Of a stretch of 27,689 nucleotides of DNA, positions 23,554 to 27,689 are shown in pieces. The translations under genes and the position numbers were made by a program. Each line of letters opens with the position of its first letter. The stretch's first letter is position 1. The notes below the pieces were generated by a model that ran no database searches, was not told where the DNA came from, and worked only from the letters and a program-made list of their open reading frames with translations. This DNA comes from a virus (lineage: Duplodnaviria; Caudoviricetes): positions 1 to 27,689 of IMG/VR virus record IMGVR_UViG_3300025018_000466; one strand, written 5' to 3'.

Positions 23554-24336
23554 TCACTCATCGGAACCCTCGGCGTACGGGGTGACGCCACCTTGAACCC
23601 CGTCAACTTGAACGTCGTCCATGAAGATCCCCGTGATGCGGAACCCCACCGGATCAAGCTTCAATAGTGGCATCGAAGACAAGCTCTGGCAGCTCAAGCG
23701 AACCACGCGCACGAAGACGTTTTCGGGCGTGTAGCCTTCGTCAGGAGCCAGATCACCCCCAGAAAGGCGGGGGTCAACGATGCCAGCCTGTAGCATGAAC
23801 GGCTTGGCCGACAGGAGGATCAGCTTGGTGAAGTGGTAGAGGTACGCGCACACAACGGGGTGCTCCGCGTAACAGAAAATGTTGAATGTTTGCTGAAAGT
23901 GCGCACCCACATATTCAGCGTAAGGGTCCTTCTCCTCGGGCAGTGACTCGCCGATGTAGTCCCCGAGGTAGCTCGGTTCGCTCTCACTTTCCTCGCCGAG
24001 AGTGATCGACAGGATCGGCAAGTCGACCACGGTGCGGGGGTAGCCAAGCACCACGGCTGGCGACCGGCGCTGGAAGTTGGCCACGTACTCGGCGCGCTCT
24101 TCGGCGCCCGCCAGCGGATCGAAGATGTGCCGAAAGAAGCGCGTCGTCTCCGCCACGTTCACGGGGTCGGCGAGCCGCGCCATCTCGGACTTCAGCACAG
24201 CGAGGAGGATGCGCTCGACCATCACGCCGCTCGTGCGCGCCTCGGCCAGCTCGGGGCCGTCAAAGAAGTCCTCGATGGTCGCGCCATAGGACGCGCCCGG
24301 GTTCTTCGCTTCGACTCTGTCCTTGCGCCCCATCAC
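23554..24336 (-). CDS. Tail terminator/neck-tail junction protein
   Basis: Position before the sheath; VVLGYPR...LPILSITLGEESES pattern; GTGA overlap with the upstream gene. Confidence 0.6.
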   Translation of the reverse strand: MMGRKDRVEAKNPGASYGATIEDFFDGPELAEARTSGVMVERILLAVLKSEMARLADPVNVAETTRFFRHIFDPLAGAEERAEYVANFQRRSPAVVLGYPRTVVDLPILSITLGEESESEPSYLGDYIGESLPEEKDPYAEYVGAHFQQTFNIFCYAEHPVVCAYLYHFTKLILLSAKPFMLQAGIVDPRLSGGDLAPDEGYTPENVFVRVVRLSCQSLSSMPLLKLDPVGFRITGIFMDDVQVDGVQGGVTPYAEGSDE

Positions 24337-25127
24337 CGACCCCGCAGAGCTTGGGTGAGGATCCCCATGGCCAGCTTTTCGACGTGCTTCTGCACCTTGG
24401 GAGCGAACCTACGTGCAGCAACCCCGGGGTGATACCAGTGCTGCGTCGCCTTGCCCTGCTCGTCCTTCTCGCCGCGGATCACGCGCTCAGAGATGGTGCG
24501 GAAGGTCTGGTAGGAGGACTGCGTCGCGCGCTCGTAGGTCTTCTCCTTGCGCACCATGCCCGTGTAGATCGAGGACGCGTGCCAGGACTTCTCTTTGCGC
24601 AAGAGGATCTTGCGCGCGGTCTTGCCCATCGAGAGCCCGGCGTGTAGCCGTTCACCCCACGCGGTCTTGCCGTCTCTGCCACCCACCCCCGGGCGGCTCA
24701 GCGTGGCGCCCAGCACTTTCGCGACGTCATGGATGGCAGCGGGCATCGCTGTCCCGACGTTACGCCCCCCCGTGCCCGGAGTGCCATGCCGGAAGGGGAT
24801 GACGAGGTAGCGCCCGTTCTTGCCGCGCTTGGCCTTGGGCGACTTGAGCATCCAATCGCGCATGTCGCCGCCCGGAAAACCGTTTTCGATCAGGTTGGGC
24901 AGGGTCCCGACCAGCTCGACGAACGCGCTGTTCCCCTCGTAGAAGACCTGGATCCCTGCGGCGTAGTCTCGTGAAGACGACGTCAACTCCGTTTGCGCTA
25001 AGCGCTTCCACTTCTGCACGGCCGCGGCGCCAATGCCCTGCAACACGCGCTGTGTGTCCGCTTTGTGGGGCAGCGCGCCCGCGAGCGCTCCGGTGAGCTT
25101 GCTCAGGTCGATCCTGACGATGCTCAT
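24333..25127 (-). CDS. Basic tail-completion/virion morphogenesis protein (264 aa)
   Basis: ATG at 25127 overlaps the upstream TGA; DMRDWMLKSPKAKRGKNGRYLVIPFR and YQTFRTIS resemble the protein at this position in Twort-like phages. Confidence 0.65.
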   Translation of the reverse strand: MSIVRIDLSKLTGALAGALPHKADTQRVLQGIGAAAVQKWKRLAQTELTSSSRDYAAGIQVFYEGNSAFVELVGTLPNLIENGFPGGDMRDWMLKSPKAKRGKNGRYLVIPFRHGTPGTGGRNVGTAMPAAIHDVAKVLGATLSRPGVGGRDGKTAWGERLHAGLSMGKTARKILLRKEKSWHASSIYTGMVRKEKTYERATQSSYQTFRTISERVIRGEKDEQGKATQHWYHPGVAARRFAPKVQKHVEKLAMGILTQALRGR

Positions 25128-26002
25128 GGGGCCCCCGTGACGGGCGCGACCGTCTCCGCGGGGAGGTTGGCGTCGAGCAAGAAGTCGAGGAACGCGGCGC
25201 CCTGGATCGGGTGCGCGATGATCCGGTCGACGCCCTTGGGGGACTTGCGCCCGCTGGTGTCGTCGCGGAGCCCGTGGGGGAAGCTCTGGATGATCCACAC
25301 GGGGTGGAACTCGTATCGGATGCTGATCCGCGTCCCGTCGGGTACGGCCGCTGCGCCAGCCGCCGTCCACTCGATCCAGCCGTTGTCCGTGATCCGGTAG
25401 TACGCGTCGTCCAAGAACAGCGGAGCGCCGTTCAAGTAGGCCGCGATCCGCGTCACGTTCACGATGCGGTAGCGGGCCGTGTCGGTGCGCGCGGGTAGCG
25501 CGCTGCGGATCCCCCGCCGATTGCCCTTCACCAGGATCTCGTTGAAGGCGATGATCGAGTCCCGCATCTCGATCGAGTCACGGAACCCGATCCGATGCTC
25601 GGGTAGCATCGTGATGGAGCACTTACCATCGAGCCACATGGAGAACTTCTCGAAGATCCGAGTGCTCTTGTCGAACTGCACCATGTGCGCCTGAACGAGC
25701 ATCGGGTCGACGTAGTGGAAGCCCGACCCATCGCAGATCGTGCAGTTGATCGCCGCTTGTGTGGTGGTCTCCGTCAGACACGCGCACATCAATGCCTTGC
25801 GCCACGTCACGTACTTGCCGTGCTGGGCGATGACGCGGCGGAACTCGCTCTCGCGAAAATCAGCGCGCGTCTTGCTCTTGGTGGGCAGCTCCGCGCCCGT
25901 GGGTACGGCGGGGCCGTCGACGCCCCCGGGGAGTCGAGGTACCTCCGCCGAGGGGATCTCGACGCTACGGCTCGGCAGCGTGGCGGGAGCCGGAGGTCTC
26001 AC
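25124..26002 (-). CDS. Neck protein 2 / head closure (stopper) with Cys cluster (292 aa)
   Basis: GTG at 26002 overlaps the upstream TGA; GKYVTWRKALMCAC...CTICDGSG matches the CxC-CxxCxGxG motif of SPO1/Twort-like neck proteins. Confidence 0.75.
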   Translation of the reverse strand: MRPPAPATLPSRSVEIPSAEVPRLPGGVDGPAVPTGAELPTKSKTRADFRESEFRRVIAQHGKYVTWRKALMCACLTETTTQAAINCTICDGSGFHYVDPMLVQAHMVQFDKSTRIFEKFSMWLDGKCSITMLPEHRIGFRDSIEMRDSIIAFNEILVKGNRRGIRSALPARTDTARYRIVNVTRIAAYLNGAPLFLDDAYYRITDNGWIEWTAAGAAAVPDGTRISIRYEFHPVWIIQSFPHGLRDDTSGRKSPKGVDRIIAHPIQGAAFLDFLLDANLPAETVAPVTGAP

Positions 26003-27078
26003 ACGACCACCATCCCGCCGACCCGCTTGTAGTAGCGCCTGAGCATGGGGATCTGCTCCTTGATCTGCTTGAGGTACTGAATGATCCGACTTCCGTACCC
26101 GGCGTTCGTGGCCGACGACGTGGTCCCGATATTCTGCGACAGCCCATCGAGCGAAAGAGAGATTGTCGCGATACCTGCGCCCGCGATCAAGTCGCCGAAG
26201 ATATTGAATGGGCCGAGCGATGCGAACATGCCGATCACGTCGATGATGTTGCGCGGGATCTTCCCGTCCTCGAACCCAGCCGTGTAGGTGATCTCGAAGA
26301 GCTGCGGCAAGTGCTGCAAGCCCGTGTAGATCGCCGGCAGGAAGGACCCACCTTGACCGATCAGAATCTCCGACAACGTGCCCGCCGTCGGAATGATCTG
26401 CACATGCCCTTCGGCCGCATTCACACGGAACCACTCGGGGGGGAACTGGATGATGTTCTGGCCCGACGGATACTGAACGCGGAACTCGCTGACCTCGATC
26501 ACGGGGTACTGGTCAAGCTGAATGAACTGGAACGCGGCGAAGTCCTGGACGTAGTAGTCGTGCTTCTCGATGAACTGCGTGGGCAGGATCGAGATGTCGA
26601 TCTGATGCTCCAGCCAACGGATCGCCGACATGATGTAGTGCTCGAACACGTCGTCGGTAAGCGTCTCTCCGGCGTCGTTCGTCAAGTCGAGCCCAAACAA
26701 GTAGCGGGCCTTCAGCTCGGGCACCGTCAGGATGTTCCTGATCGCGAGCCCTACACCCTCGATGGCGTCGCTCGGGTCCGTCAAGTCATCCGTGGTCGAG
26801 TTGCGGTAGCGGACTCGGTACTGGTAGCTACTATCACCCGATCGGTCGCGCCACTCGTAGGCGATCTGCGTCGGGACGAGCGCAGGTTGTTCGCTCGGGA
26901 CTGACGCCGTAGCCCATGTGAGCCCACCGTTGGTGGAGCGCTCCACGACCAGTCGATTGAAGCCAGCGACGACGACGTCGGCGATGTCGTTGTCAACGAT
27001 CGAGATCTTGATCACCGTGCCCTTGGCCTCGGTGTTGAAGTTCCGATTCTCGCTCGCCGTGATCGGGAAGTGCGACAT
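25999..27078 (-). CDS. Neck protein 1 / head-tail adaptor with N-terminal FN3-like domain (359 aa)
   Basis: YLFG...LEHQIDISILP, GHVQIIPT and GDLIAGAGIATISLSLDGLSQNIGTTSSA resemble the Twort-like adaptor; ATG at 27078. Confidence 0.8.
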   Translation of the reverse strand: MSHFPITASENRNFNTEAKGTVIKISIVDNDIADVVVAGFNRLVVERSTNGGLTWATASVPSEQPALVPTQIAYEWRDRSGDSSYQYRVRYRNSTTDDLTDPSDAIEGVGLAIRNILTVPELKARYLFGLDLTNDAGETLTDDVFEHYIMSAIRWLEHQIDISILPTQFIEKHDYYVQDFAAFQFIQLDQYPVIEVSEFRVQYPSGQNIIQFPPEWFRVNAAEGHVQIIPTAGTLSEILIGQGGSFLPAIYTGLQHLPQLFEITYTAGFEDGKIPRNIIDVIGMFASLGPFNIFGDLIAGAGIATISLSLDGLSQNIGTTSSATNAGYGSRIIQYLKQIKEQIPMLRRYYKRVGGMVVV

Positions 27079-27089
27079 GCGCCGCCTGG

Positions 27090-27464
27090 CTACAACTTGC
27101 GGATGCGGCTGCGCTGCGTCAGATAGAGCACCGCGGTCCCTCCCGTCGCCCGGACGACGACGCGGTCGTTGTGGCCGGGGCGGATATGGACCTCGAAGGG
27201 CTGCACCCCAGCGAGGAGCGGAGTGGCAGGAACCGCCGCGAGCATGGCGGTAGGTGTCTCCCCCACCACGTAGGGGATGAACTTCACCCACACCACGTCG
27301 GAGCCGCCGGGGCTCGTGGCATAGACGAGGTAACTGCCCGGAGCGAGCGCGCCCTCTGCGTCGGTGTTGTGCGTCGACGCAGCCGACCCCACAGTGACAG
27401 CGCGCGTGGGACCGAGCCCTCGATCGAAGTAGTCGCCGACGTCGTCGCCACGTGCTCCCTGCAC
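27090..27464 (-). CDS. Hypothetical beta-rich virion protein (possible head decoration)
   Basis: 124 aa ORF filling the space between a capsid-adjacent gene and the adaptor; alternating beta-strand pattern. Confidence 0.55.
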   Translation of the reverse strand: MQGARGDDVGDYFDRGLGPTRAVTVGSAASTHNTDAEGALAPGSYLVYATSPGGSDVVWVKFIPYVVGETPTAMLAAVPATPLLAGVQPFEVHIRPGHNDRVVVRATGGTAVLYLTQRSRIRKL

Positions 27465-27467
27465 AGC

Positions 27468-27689
27468 TCAGACCCCTTCGACGCCCGTGGCGTCGTTCTC
27501 GAAGATCACTGCGGCGATGGTGGCCTTGATCTCGTTCTTGGTGCGTGCCTTGGAGAGATCGATCTCGTAGCCCTGGAGCCGGTAGTCCTCCGCGGTCGCG
27601 ATCAGCTCCTTTGCGGTCATCCGGTCCAGATCAGGGCCTTCGGCCGGCGGGGGCGGCGGGGGCGGCGGGGGCGACGGAGGCGGAGGCGG
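27468..27689 (-). CDS. Partial CDS (3' end): poly-Pro linker plus Rho-N/HeH-like helical domain
   Basis: Hand translation: PPPPPSPPPPPPPPPAEGPDLDRMTAKELIATAEDYRLQGYEIDLSKARTKNEIKATIAAVIFENDATGVEGV*; includes GGCGGGGGC repeats. Confidence 0.65.
   Translation of the reverse strand, partial: PPPPPSPPPPPPPPPAEGPDLDRMTAKELIATAEDYRLQGYEIDLSKARTKNEIKATIAAVIFENDATGVEGV

Larger units (their letters stand above)
1549..27689 (-). mobile_element. Contractile-tailed phage/prophage virion morphogenesis module (neck, tail, baseplate, fibres), SPO1/Twort-like gene order; continues beyond the right edge
   Basis: About 25 co-oriented minus-strand ORFs, mostly with ATGA/GTGA/TGATG overlaps, including recognisable sheath, tube, tape measure, baseplate J, LysM-gp25 and neck proteins in canonical myovirus order. 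Confidence 0.93.

Noticed and set aside
25999-27291. Longest-ORF starts in the supplied track (27291, 26434, 25370, 23297, 8799, 7367, 7110, 6736, 6322, 5604, 19481, 113)
   Set aside because: The extensions overlap neighbouring genes and are low-complexity; downstream starts with an RBS or stop/start overlap fit better.

Overview
This GC-rich window (roughly two-thirds G+C by eye) holds the neck-to-tail-fibre morphogenesis module of a contractile-tailed phage or prophage, read on the minus strand from 27689 to 1549. Gene order is: capsid-adjacent small genes, neck/adaptor, stopper, tail completion, terminator, sheath, tube, a chaperone pair, tape measure, hub, spike, LysM/gp25 wedge, baseplate J, fibres, small membrane/lipoprotein genes, a wedge protein and a beta-helix tailspike. 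Gene order and neck/tube/wedge motifs resemble SPO1/Twort-like (Herelleviridae-type) myoviruses, which are normally low-GC. Between sheath and tube, on the opposite strand, sits a ~1.5 kb transposase-less cassette: a sigma70-type promoter, a leaderless ribbon-helix-helix gene coupled to a catalytically intact TnpB, and an omega-RNA-like 3' end. It is flanked by an ATGGGA direct repeat and spanned end to end by an antisense ORF. The first 1.5 kb carries small plus-strand accessory genes, two of which look decayed. All product calls come from motif recognition and synteny; no database search was run.
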